A DNA stretch of 64,000 bases, taken from the sequence record SRR20825006_1228; one strand, written 5' to 3'. A model generated the notes under the pieces. The model made no database searches. It saw nothing but the letters and a program-made list of their open reading frames with translations, and was not told where the DNA came from. Each line of letters begins with the position of its first letter. Positions within the stretch are counted from its first letter, which is position 1. Shown piece by piece: positions 37,775 through 46,490 of this stretch. The position numbers were made by a program, and so were the translations under genes.

Positions 37775-40396
37775 TCAGAATGTCGCTGATGCCTTGACGT
37801 AGTAATAGCCACCTTGCCAGTCGACAACCGAGTCAGATCGATAGATCCGTCCACAGCATGTTTCGCCAATCGCCGCGTCGCCCGCATCTGGATAGTTATC
37901 GAATGCGTTTCTTACACCAGCGGACAGGGTAAGGGCATCGTCGACTTCATAGGATGCTTCGAAATCGAACAGGATTTCTCCGTCCCATTCCTGGATATCG
38001 GCGAGGGTTGATGAAGCCGCGTTTTCGTATCCACCATAATAGTTGGCGCGACCGAGGAGGCTGATCGGACCAGCTTGATGGAGTACGGTGAACACGCCCC
38101 GCCAGTTGGGCGTGCCATTCAGGAAATCGAACTGGCTCTCGTCATTGAAGAGTGCATCCACATCGCTATCGAATTCGGTCTTGTTGTAGTTGACCGACCC
38201 TGTGAAGCTTGTGTTTTGCCCATTCGCCCACGGCATGGTGTATGTTGCCACGATGTCGACGCCAGATGTGGTCGTATCGAATGCATTGGTAAAATAGAAC
38301 ACGCCGCCAATCGATTCAGCACCGGTAACTCCGGCTGCGACAAGTGCAAGATAGTTGTCATACGCTGTCCCTGAAGCCGGATCGCTTGAAACGTCCTGTG
38401 TGGAGATTGCGTTGACTCGATCGGCGAGATCGATCTGGTAGAAGTCGACTGTCAAACTCATGTTCTCGAAGTTCGAGGTCATGCCGAGTGTGTAGTTTGT
38501 GGATGTCTCAGGTTCGAGAGGTGTCGCTCCCAGTGCCTTGGCCACTGGTCCACTGGCCGGGAAAAGACCAGTCGCTACCGGGAAGCCATTGGGCAGTCGG
38601 GTAGAGACGTTAGTGGTACCCTGCTGTCCCGGCGTCGGCGCGCGGAAACCGGTGCCGATCGAACTGCGAAGCGCCAGGATGTCATTGATTTCGTAGCGGC
38701 CGGCAATTTTCCAGACGGTTTCAGCATCAAAGTCTGAATAGCTTTCGTAGCGCAGAGCGCCTTGCAAGAAGAGTTTCTCAGTGACATCCGCACTCAGATC
38801 CGCATAGACCGAATGGGAGTCCCGCGTATAGTCTTCTGAAAAGGCAGGTGAATAACCAGGAAAGCCATTCGATCCTACACCGACGACCTGGTATACGGGA
38901 TCATCCGGATCGGAGCAGTCGAGCGTGGATCCTGCAGCCATGACCGCCACACCGGCCGCAGTCGGAGCCATGGAATCGCAGAAGCCGAACGGGTCTGCAC
39001 CGGCAAACGGACCATCTTCATAAGACGCCTTGTCACCCTCGACCAGTTCATAGGACTCGTCCAGATAACTAAGGCCCATTGCGAACAGGAGCGGGCTCGC
39101 AAGCCCGACTTCGAATTCCTTCGAGAAGTCAGCCTGAATTTGTGCCTCTTCGTTGATCAGGTCTCCAGGACGGAACACGGTTGGCGTGTCGGGGCCCATC
39201 GACGGGTTGATCGTATTTGCCAGCGTATACTCGATTTCGTTATGTCCGTAACGCGCGCTAAGGTCATAATCGAACCCGGCAATGAGGCCTCGCAAGCCAC
39301 CAACGAAGGAATAGTCAGTTACATCACCGAAGAATCGCGGGGTGAAACCACCCGGGAAAATCTCCAGCGGCGAATAAATTGATCCATCTTCAAGTCGCAA
39401 GTCTTCAATCGTGCCGTTACCGGGATAGCGATAGAAGAAGCCGCCATCTGATTTGCTGCTGGAATAGTTGCCGAAGGAATAGAGTTCGGCTGTGTCGTTG
39501 ATCGTGTAGGCGGAGTTGTAAAATAGCCGAACGGCTTCGCTGTTGGGTTGGCCCCAGGGTTGAACGGCGCCGAAGTCACCAAGTGACGCAGACGGGACGC
39601 CTTCGATGAACTCGGGCGTGAGGCTGACCGCGTAACCGGCTGTGGGATCGAAGTCCGGATTGCTCGGGTCGAGACAGAACCAGGACTCACAATACTGTTC
39701 GCTTCGACTGGTCGCGTCCGCCTTGCTGACTTCACCGGAAACGCTGAGGAAACCTTTCCCACCCAGATCGAAGCCGTAATTGCCCGATACCGTGTATTGG
39801 AAGCCATCACCTTCATAATACTGGCCGACATCGACGCTGACCGAACCACCTTCCGAATTGTCTTTGAGCAGGAAGTTGATGACTCCAGCAATAGCATCCG
39901 ACCCGTATTGCGCCGCGGCGCCATCCCGGAGGACTTCGATGCTTTTGAGGGCAGAAGCCGGAATGGTGGCCACGTCCGGGCCTTGCGTTCCAGATCCACC
40001 AATGGTCACGAGTGCGGCGCGATGGCGCCGTTTCGAGTTCACCAGCACAAGCGTCTTGTCTGTTGGCAAGCCACGCATTTCAGCGGGGCGGACAAAAGAA
40101 CTACCATCAGAAATTGGCTGGCGAGTAAGGGAATAGGATGGAATGAGTGTTTTCAGAACATCATTCGTGTCCGTGAACGGCACCGCGCTGAGTTCATCTT
40201 CACTTAGAACATCAATTGGGACAGGCGAGTCCTGGATGGAGCGAGGTTTCCCGCGAGACCCCGTTACCGTGACCGCTTCCTGAACCGAGACATCATCTGT
40301 CTCTCCCTCTTGGGCTTGCGCCGCTGTGATCATGGAAAGGCTGACTGTGGCGAAGGCACACGACAGTAGTTGTGTTCGCAGTTTGGATACTTTCAT
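37775..40396 (-). CDS. TonB-dependent receptor
   Basis: Signal peptide MKVSKLR..AQA, EAVTVTGSR, SIEVLRDGAAAQYGSDAIAGVIN, TGFRAP and C-terminal F. Confidence 0.95.
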   Translation of the reverse strand: MKVSKLRTQLLSCAFATVSLSMITAAQAQEGETDDVSVQEAVTVTGSRGKPRSIQDSPVPIDVLSEDELSAVPFTDTNDVLKTLIPSYSLTRQPISDGSSFVRPAEMRGLPTDKTLVLVNSKRRHRAALVTIGGSGTQGPDVATIPASALKSIEVLRDGAAAQYGSDAIAGVINFLLKDNSEGGSVSVDVGQYYEGDGFQYTVSGNYGFDLGGKGFLSVSGEVSKADATSRSEQYCESWFCLDPSNPDFDPTAGYAVSLTPEFIEGVPSASLGDFGAVQPWGQPNSEAVRLFYNSAYTINDTAELYSFGNYSSSKSDGGFFYRYPGNGTIEDLRLEDGSIYSPLEIFPGGFTPRFFGDVTDYSFVGGLRGLIAGFDYDLSARYGHNEIEYTLANTINPSMGPDTPTVFRPGDLINEEAQIQADFSKEFEVGLASPLLFAMGLSYLDESYELVEGDKASYEDGPFAGADPFGFCDSMAPTAAGVAVMAAGSTLDCSDPDDPVYQVVGVGSNGFPGYSPAFSEDYTRDSHSVYADLSADVTEKLFLQGALRYESYSDFDAETVWKIAGRYEINDILALRSSIGTGFRAPTPGQQGTTNVSTRLPNGFPVATGLFPASGPVAKALGATPLEPETSTNYTLGMTSNFENMSLTVDFYQIDLADRVNAISTQDVSSDPASGTAYDNYLALVAAGVTGAESIGGVFYFTNAFDTTTSGVDIVATYTMPWANGQNTSFTGSVNYNKTEFDSDVDALFNDESQFDFLNGTPNWRGVFTVLHQAGPISLLGRANYYGGYENAASSTLADIQEWDGEILFDFEASYEVDDALTLSAGVRNAFDNYPDAGDAAIGETCCGRIYRSDSVVDWQGGYYYVKASATF

Positions 40397-40479
40397 AGTG
40401 TATGACCCCTCTATTCGCCGCACGACGAATATGATTTGACCGCCTAAGGACGGACTGGAAATCGAATACCAGGGCACAG

Positions 40480-40593
40480 CAAAGGCGCTGGTGATCGAGT
40501 CGGTTTTGAGAGGCCCGCCTTTGGGCCAGGACAGCTATCTGCTGCAGAAGACACCCCCTTGTGCCTTCAGAACTGAAGCCCGTCTTTGGGCTT
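40480..40593 (-). promoter_or_regulatory. ANTAR-type RNA leader: three hexaloop hairpins plus an anti-loop segment
   Basis: Minus strand: AAGCCC-AAAGAC-GGGCTT (40593-40576), GAAGGCAC-AAGGGG-GTGTCTTC (40568-40547) and GGCCC-AAAGGC-GGGCC (40527-40512). All loops are AxxGxx. CGCCTTTG (40487-40480) is complementary to hairpin 3. Confidence 0.82.
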
Positions 40594-40751
40594 GGAAAAA
40601 TCTTTTCAGGTCAAAAAAAAGCTGGGTAGCGGAACGTATTCTGTGATGATGAATGAATACAATTTGCCAGATTTTCACGCACCCTCGCTCAGCTTAGGTG
40701 AAACTTCGAGCAGTGAGGTCGGTTCAAGCCAGCCGGGCTGACATCGTCACA

Positions 40752-41357
40752 TCAAGGCAACAAGTCCGATAGTGAGATCACAGCATCGCAGACGCTTTTC
40801 AGAGATTTTCCTTGGCGCATGGCCGTGGATCGGAGTGACTGATAGGCTTCCTGCTCGCTCATGCCGCGGGTTTGCATCAGAAGGCCTTTTGCGCGTTCCA
40901 CAGTCTTTCGCGCAGCGAGGTTGTCTTTGGATTTCTGCAATTCACCCTGTAGCGTCGACACGAGTTTGTGGCGTTCCACGGCGATTGTGATCAAGGGACC
41001 TATTCGCGAAGCATTAAGTCCATCTACCACGAACGACGTCACCCCACCCCGAATGGCCTGCGGTGCAAGGTTTTCTTCGTCACGCTTCACGAACCAGAGG
41101 ATAGGAAGCTGAGTTGATGCAGCCAGGCGCTCGCTGATCGATATCTGCTCGGTGCCTGCTGACTCTGACGAAAGAATTAGCAGGTCGGCTCTGATTCCTT
41201 CAAGCTCGGTGGCTATGCTTACGAAAGAGAATTCATCAAGCAATCTTATCGTGAAGCTTTCTGGTAAACCCTCCAGTATATTTGCGACGTCGTCCTGTGC
41301 GTTGGCGACAACAAGCACAGACAGTGCTGATAAATCGGCTCGGTCCGGCATGTTCAA
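40752..41357 (-). CDS. ANTAR-domain regulator with pseudo-receiver domain (NasT/AmiR-like)
   Basis: ANTAR motif RKTVERAKGLLM...SEQEAYQSLRSTAM and NasT-like GVTSFVVDG. Confidence 0.93.
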   Translation of the reverse strand: MNMPDRADLSALSVLVVANAQDDVANILEGLPESFTIRLLDEFSFVSIATELEGIRADLLILSSESAGTEQISISERLAASTQLPILWFVKRDEENLAPQAIRGGVTSFVVDGLNASRIGPLITIAVERHKLVSTLQGELQKSKDNLAARKTVERAKGLLMQTRGMSEQEAYQSLRSTAMRQGKSLKSVCDAVISLSDLLP

Positions 41358-41434
41358 TACAGTCTCCCTCCTAATCTCACATGATAGAAAGGGACTGTTT
41401 TTCCAAATCTCTTAGTTTGAATAGCAATCAAAGC

Positions 41435-41450
41435 TGCATTTTCCGCGCCT
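41435..41450 (-). promoter_or_regulatory. Possible sigma54 (-24/-12) promoter
   Basis: Minus strand AGGCGCGGAAAATGCA has GG-N10-GC spacing, about 80 nt upstream of the ANTAR gene. Confidence 0.4.
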
Positions 41451-41671
41451 TTGAGCAAGAAAAGGACAAGTCTGCCTGTTGTTTGATGTCCTCAGGAAGT
41501 CGTTTTGATACAGTGTATCTAAGAAGCATGACCGCACAGGCCCGCGGTGTGATGCGGAAAGTGTCAACTGACTTGCCCTCAAACTCCAGCGCGTGGTCAG
41601 CCAAATCGCAGAGAATGCTGCGCTGTCCCGCGCTTGCGTCGAAGAGTTCGGTTCCCTTTTGAGAAGCTGGC

Positions 41672-42685
41672 TCAGACAAGCCTTTTTCGGAAGCGGGCGG
41701 AGATGAGGTCGAGCACCATTACGGTCAAAAAGATTACCAGCAACATGGTGCCGACGCGATCATACTGGAACATGTCGAACCGGCCTTTCAATTCCTGTCC
41801 GATGCCCCCTGCGCCTACAAGGCCGATCACCGTGGCCATGCGTATGTTTCGATCGAGAATGTAGAGGGAGAGGCCAGTATAGCTCGGCAGAACTTGGGGG
41901 AGGACGGCGATCCTGAGGATGGCGAAATCGCTGGCCCCGGTGGCCTTGAGCGCCTGTTGAGGGCTTTTGTTCGCCGCTTCAATATCTTCGGCGTAGAATT
42001 TTCCCAGAAAGCCTATGCTGTGAAATGACAGGGCCAATATACCTGCAATCGGACCGAACCCAAAAGCAAGCACGAGGAACAGTGCGCTGATCAGTTCGGG
42101 AATTGAGCGAAGCAGGGACACGAGTGATCGTGCCACGCCGTAGATGAGGGGATGGGGCGAGTAATTACTGGCGCATAGCCACGCCAGCGGTAGGCTTACC
42201 AGTATGGCAATCAGGCTGGCCCAGATTGCAATTTCGATTGTTTCAACCATCTTGCCGAGCACGAAGAGAAGATATCCAATTGGCTCGACGAGAAACTGCC
42301 GCTCGGACACTTTCGTGGTCATTTGCAATGTATCCGGATCAAGCTCGGTTGTTTGGACTTCCACCGTCTCCATGTGCGCCAGGAAGGGCAATCTGGATTC
42401 ATCCAGTCCGTCCATCAGGTCAATGGGGCGACGGTCGGAGATGGCTATAGGGAACATGTCGCGGGTCACACTCCCCATTCCCCGGCCGATTTGCGAACTT
42501 TCGCGCAGACCGACCGCCTCAAGCGCAAAGTCTCCAATCTGGCTGGCCATGCGATCCAATTGCATACGCTCTGCGGAGATGCTCGAGGCAATGATTATGA
42601 GGAGCAATACAAGTAGTGATTTCCACCCGAAAGGCTGTTTTAGATGCCAAAAGTGAGGTAGCGAGTCGTGCTCAGCATCCATCAT
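41672..42685 (-). CDS. phnE: Phosphonate/phosphate-ester ABC transporter permease
   Basis: LRSIPEL, GFLGKFYAEDIE, LPQVLP and NIRMATVIGLVGAGGIG. Confidence 0.92.
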   Translation of the reverse strand: MMDAEHDSLPHFWHLKQPFGWKSLLVLLLIIIASSISAERMQLDRMASQIGDFALEAVGLRESSQIGRGMGSVTRDMFPIAISDRRPIDLMDGLDESRLPFLAHMETVEVQTTELDPDTLQMTTKVSERQFLVEPIGYLLFVLGKMVETIEIAIWASLIAILVSLPLAWLCASNYSPHPLIYGVARSLVSLLRSIPELISALFLVLAFGFGPIAGILALSFHSIGFLGKFYAEDIEAANKSPQQALKATGASDFAILRIAVLPQVLPSYTGLSLYILDRNIRMATVIGLVGAGGIGQELKGRFDMFQYDRVGTMLLVIFLTVMVLDLISARFRKRLV

Positions 42686-42686
42686 C

Positions 42687-43475
42687 TCACGCGACCTCCC
42701 TTCGCAGGGTGGGTGAAGTATCGTCGATTTCAAAGATAGCCTGAACTGCGTCGCTAGTAAGAGCAGCTGGTGGTCCATCGAAAACGATAGTGCCATTGTT
42801 GAGACCGATGATCCGGTCCGCATATTCGCGAGCAAGATCGATTTGATGCAGCGAGCAGAGAACAGCTGCATCACGTTCCTGGGCCGCGCTCTTCAGTAGG
42901 TCCATTACATCCGCAGACGATCTGGGATCAAGGCTGGCGACGGGTTCATCGGCGAGAATGAGACTCGGATCACACATCAATGCGCGCGCGATGCCCACGC
43001 GTTGTTTCTGGCCGCCAGACAGTTGGCCAGTACGCCGATTGGCATGATCTTCCGACAAGCCGACACGCGAAAGCAGGGCGCACGCTTTTTCTTGAATCAA
43101 GTGGGGATACAATTGAAGCGCGACGCGCCACCAGGAAAGCGCCGCAATGCTGCCTGACATCACATTTTGCGCTGTCGTCAGTCTGTCGGTCAGGCCAAAA
43201 TCCTGATGCACCATTCCGACGTGACGTCGTTGCTTTTTCGTAAGGCGCACCCCGTGAAGCCGAATGTCTCCGGAGTCTACAGGCGCCAGCCCAACAATAC
43301 ACCTCAGCAAGGTAGACTTTCCTGACCCCGATGACCCAAGCAGAACGCAAAAGCAACCGGGTCTGAGGTCCAGCGAAAAATCAGTGAGGACTCTCGGACC
43401 GTCCTTGTACGACTTGAACACGTTGGAGAGTTTCAGCGCCGGGAGTGTGGACGCAGAAGTGGGTTGGTCTGTCAT
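42687..43475 (-). CDS. phnC: Phosphonate ABC transporter ATP-binding protein
   Basis: [33 protein letters not shown] and SLHQ. Confidence 0.93.
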   Translation of the reverse strand: MTDQPTSASTLPALKLSNVFKSYKDGPRVLTDFSLDLRPGCFCVLLGSSGSGKSTLLRCIVGLAPVDSGDIRLHGVRLTKKQRRHVGMVHQDFGLTDRLTTAQNVMSGSIAALSWWRVALQLYPHLIQEKACALLSRVGLSEDHANRRTGQLSGGQKQRVGIARALMCDPSLILADEPVASLDPRSSADVMDLLKSAAQERDAAVLCSLHQIDLAREYADRIIGLNNGTIVFDGPPAALTSDAVQAIFEIDDTSPTLRREVA

Positions 43476-43504
43476 ATTGGAAATTGTGCCGTGGTGAAAA
43501 GATA

Positions 43505-44437
43505 TCAGCCGCGTTGAGCTGCGTCAGCCTTGCGCAGGATCGCGGCCATATAGTCGTCATCCAGAAAAGATGTCGCGGAGATCACGCTATCAAACAGGGT
43601 TTCGTCAACTTCGGTATTGTAGCGATCCACAAGCTTGCCGCCATATCCCCGAATGGCGGCCGGACCAATGCCTTCAGCCTCATGTACATTTGCCATGGCG
43701 CGCTTGAGCTTTGCTTTGATGTCTGCTGGCAATGCGGTGTTCATCGCTATGGGTGGATTCGGGATTTGTTTCGATTTGGTGAGCACCCGGAATGCGCGTG
43801 GATCCAGGCTACCTTGGTTCACCGCACGTTCGAACGACACGAAAGACGCGCCTGCAGCATCTACCAACCCGTTCTTCAATGCCAACAGGCTGTTGGTGTG
43901 GCTTCCCGTGATCCGCAAGGCTGATAGATCCTTTAGCGGATCGAGCCCGTCCTCTCTCAACATGACAAGCGGATACGCAAAGCTGCTGGCGGAGTGACTT
44001 GATCCCAGTGCGAGCGACCCGCCGGAAAGATCGAATACAGAATTTACGTCGGAATCTGCCGCGACAAACAGACCAGCATAATAAGTGGATGAACCATTGC
44101 GTTCTTCGACAGCCAACAATTGCGCGCATCCGCGGTCTCGCGCCTCTATATAGGAGGCCGGACCATACCAGACGACGTCTGTCAGGCCAGCGCACATGGC
44201 TTCTATCACGGCGGCATAGCTTTGCCCGGTACTGACGGTAAAATGCAAGTCACTGGATCGTGTAATGGCATCAAACAATGGCTGAAAATCGGCTTTCGTA
44301 CCGTCTTCCGTACCACCATCTGCGGGGATAAGCATGACGCGAAGAGGCTTTTGCGGGCTGCCGGCTTCCTGAGCGTGCGTTGTAAACGCGAGCATGGCGG
44401 TTAGCAGGAGAAGCGTTATGGTCGACAGAATGCGCAT
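43505..44437 (-). CDS. phnD: Phosphate/phosphite/phosphonate ABC substrate-binding protein
   Basis: Signal peptide, SYAAVIEAM, GPASY, SASS, TGSH and IPNPP. First gene of the phnDCE unit. Confidence 0.88.
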   Translation of the reverse strand: MRILSTITLLLLTAMLAFTTHAQEAGSPQKPLRVMLIPADGGTEDGTKADFQPLFDAITRSSDLHFTVSTGQSYAAVIEAMCAGLTDVVWYGPASYIEARDRGCAQLLAVEERNGSSTYYAGLFVAADSDVNSVFDLSGGSLALGSSHSASSFAYPLVMLREDGLDPLKDLSALRITGSHTNSLLALKNGLVDAAGASFVSFERAVNQGSLDPRAFRVLTKSKQIPNPPIAMNTALPADIKAKLKRAMANVHEAEGIGPAAIRGYGGKLVDRYNTEVDETLFDSVISATSFLDDDYMAAILRKADAAQRG

Positions 44438-44517
44438 ATCCGAGTTCCCAAATTCACCTCGCTGCGTATGAGCTTGGTGCGCCGCAGCATCGATAGTGAG
44501 AGACGTAGCATCGGCTT

Positions 44518-44535
44518 GTGACATTGGTGTTACGC
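44518..44535 (-). promoter_or_regulatory. Pho box-like direct repeat
   Basis: Minus strand GCGTAAC-ACCA-ATGTCAC (7-4-7 layout), about 80 nt upstream of phnD. Confidence 0.45.
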
Positions 44536-44554
44536 AATTCATATATCCTTGATA

Positions 44555-44577
44555 ATAATTGAGTAGAATTCAATTAT
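44555..44577. promoter_or_regulatory. Palindromic operator candidate
   Basis: Perfect inverted repeat ATAATTGA-N7-TCAATTAT between divergent phnD and the RpiR gene. Confidence 0.65.
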
Positions 44578-44604
44578 AAGAGTGTGAAATCCAGAGGGGC
44601 GTGT

Positions 44605-45507
44605 ATGTCTGAGAGCAAATCGAAGCGGAAAGTGGCGCCGAAGCGACGGTCTGATGTGGCGATAGTCGACAATGTCATGACGCGCATTCGAGTGCGGCAT
44701 CCCTCGCTTGGGCCGAGTACGCGTTCGATTGCCGACTTCGTTCTCGCCAATCCCCGACAAGTGGTTGGGATGTCGGTTACCGAGCTGGCTGAAGCGACCG
44801 GTGCCAGTGATGGAAGTGTTATCAATTTCTGCCGCCAATTGGATCTTTCCGGTTTTCAGCAACTGAAGCTCAGCCTCGCCCAGGAAGTGGTGCAACCGGT
44901 TCAGTTCATTCATGAAGATCTGCAGCCGACAGATGACACGCCGACTGTGTGTCGGAAGACCTTCCATGCTGGGGTTCAGGCGCTGAAGGACACGCTCTCG
45001 ATTTTGGACGCCGACGCCGTATCCGCAGCGGTGGATATTATTCGGGCAGCCAAGCGAGTTGAAATTTACGGAATAGGTTCGTCCGCGCCCATTGCGGAAG
45101 ATGCGCAGTATCGCATGCTGCGAATAGGTCTTGATGCGCGGGTGGTGGTGGACAGTCATGTCCAGGCCATCAGCGCGTCGCAAACGGGCCCTGATGTGGC
45201 GGTGCTGACCATTTCGCACTCTGGTGCAACGCATGAGACACTGGCCGCAACCAGATTGGCCAAGGATGCGGGCGCGAAGACGATCATCGTGACCAATTTT
45301 TCGAGTTCGCCGCTGCAGGCCTACGCGGATGTGAAACTTTTCACCATGGCTCGGGAAACCAAGTTCCGGACCGAGGCCATGACCAGCCGGATCGCCCAGC
45401 TATGCGTATTGGATGCGCTGATTGCAGCACTCGCGCTGGCCAATTATGACCGGGCAACCGAAACGCTTCGCAAGACCTTCGATGTGCTGTCGCTAAAGCG
45501 CTTCTAG
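44605..45507 (+). CDS. MurR/RpiR-family transcriptional regulator (HTH + SIS)
   Basis: SVTELAEATGASDGSVINFCRQL.GFQQLK, YGIGSS, ISHSGAT and SRIAQL. Confidence 0.95.
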   Translation: MSESKSKRKVAPKRRSDVAIVDNVMTRIRVRHPSLGPSTRSIADFVLANPRQVVGMSVTELAEATGASDGSVINFCRQLDLSGFQQLKLSLAQEVVQPVQFIHEDLQPTDDTPTVCRKTFHAGVQALKDTLSILDADAVSAAVDIIRAAKRVEIYGIGSSAPIAEDAQYRMLRIGLDARVVVDSHVQAISASQTGPDVAVLTISHSGATHETLAATRLAKDAGAKTIIVTNFSSSPLQAYADVKLFTMARETKFRTEAMTSRIAQLCVLDALIAALALANYDRATETLRKTFDVLSLKRF

Positions 45508-45508
45508 C

Positions 45509-46279
45509 CTATTGCGCTTCTAGCAGTATCTCAAACACATCCGGTGATTTGGCGGAGGTCAGGACCGCCTTGATTCCCAACGCGTTTGCGCCAGCGAGAT
45601 CCGTTGCAGGGTTGTCACCCAGCATGACAACCTGATCCGGTGACAGGTCAAGCGCCTGGCATCCCATCTGGAACAGATGTGGGGAGGGTTTTCCCACGAC
45701 GTCTATTTTTGTTTCATCCAGTTTCACGCATGCTCTGATGGCCGCAAGCAGGGCGCCCGTTTCGGGCTTTATTCCCCCGTCTTTCCCGGGGTGGGTTTGG
45801 TCGGGATTGGCGACGATGAGGTGGCCCCCATTGCTCAAGGAGTTTACCGCGCGTTCCAGGCGGCGATAGGTGAAGCGTACATCGCGGAGCAGTACGACCA
45901 CGTCTGCAGCCTCCTGAGTCAGGTCTATCCCCATTTTCTTGGCGGTTCCGCGCATGTGCGGATCACCAAGCACCATAACCTTTGCGCCAGCAAAACCTGT
46001 TGCGCGTTTGAGCGCCTCCATCCCCGCCAGGATGACTTGGTTGCGTTCCAATTGAATTTCGTTACAGGCCAGTATGTGCAAGAAGTCGTCCGGCGTGCAT
46101 GTGGAGTTGTTCGAGACAATCGCGGTGCGTGTTTGATTGGCGCGCAGGAAGTCTGCGGCCTCGGGCACCAACGTATCGCCGAGTGCGCAGCAGCCATCCC
46201 AGTCTACGAGAAACCCTTTGGCCGACCGGCCCATGTTGGCTATTTCTTCAGATCGCGGCGTAGCGAACGCGTAGGGCAT
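45509..46279 (-). CDS. HAD-IIA (NagD-like) phosphatase
   Basis: DWDG motif I, SNNS, ANPD, GKPSP and GDNPATDLAG. Confidence 0.92.
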   Translation of the reverse strand: MPYAFATPRSEEIANMGRSAKGFLVDWDGCCALGDTLVPEAADFLRANQTRTAIVSNNSTCTPDDFLHILACNEIQLERNQVILAGMEALKRATGFAGAKVMVLGDPHMRGTAKKMGIDLTQEAADVVVLLRDVRFTYRRLERAVNSLSNGGHLIVANPDQTHPGKDGGIKPETGALLAAIRACVKLDETKIDVVGKPSPHLFQMGCQALDLSPDQVVMLGDNPATDLAGANALGIKAVLTSAKSPDVFEILLEAQ

Positions 46280-46300
46280 ATTCCACTCCGATGAAGGACA

Positions 46301-46331
46301 ATTTGTTATTGAGAAATGCTCAATTACAAAT
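46301..46331. promoter_or_regulatory. Palindromic operator candidate (second copy)
   Basis: ATTTGTTATTGA-N7-TCAATTACAAAT (one mismatch) between the divergent HAD and TBDR genes. Same ATTGA-N7-TCAAT core as 44555. Confidence 0.65.
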
Positions 46332-46490
46332 CTTCACTGAAGTAAATATCATTCACGCAATGTTTTTCGAATCTTCATCTAAGTGTCGCGTTCCGCCTCT
46401 AGAGCAGCCTCGTGGCAAGCGGCGTCAATCGCGCTCGGCCACAGCCCGCTGATGGTTGGCGGGTGTTGGGGTTAGATGGAGAGACCAGCG

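Noticed and set aside
40477-40490. CAGC-AAAGGC-GCTG, an ANTAR-like hairpin on the plus strand
   Set aside because: Wrong strand for the operon. It is better explained as the complement of the segment that pairs with hairpin 3.
40640-40660. Possible sigma54 promoter (TGGCAAATTGTATTCA, minus strand) before the ANTAR leader
   Set aside because: The -24 half fits, but the -12 position is TC rather than GC.
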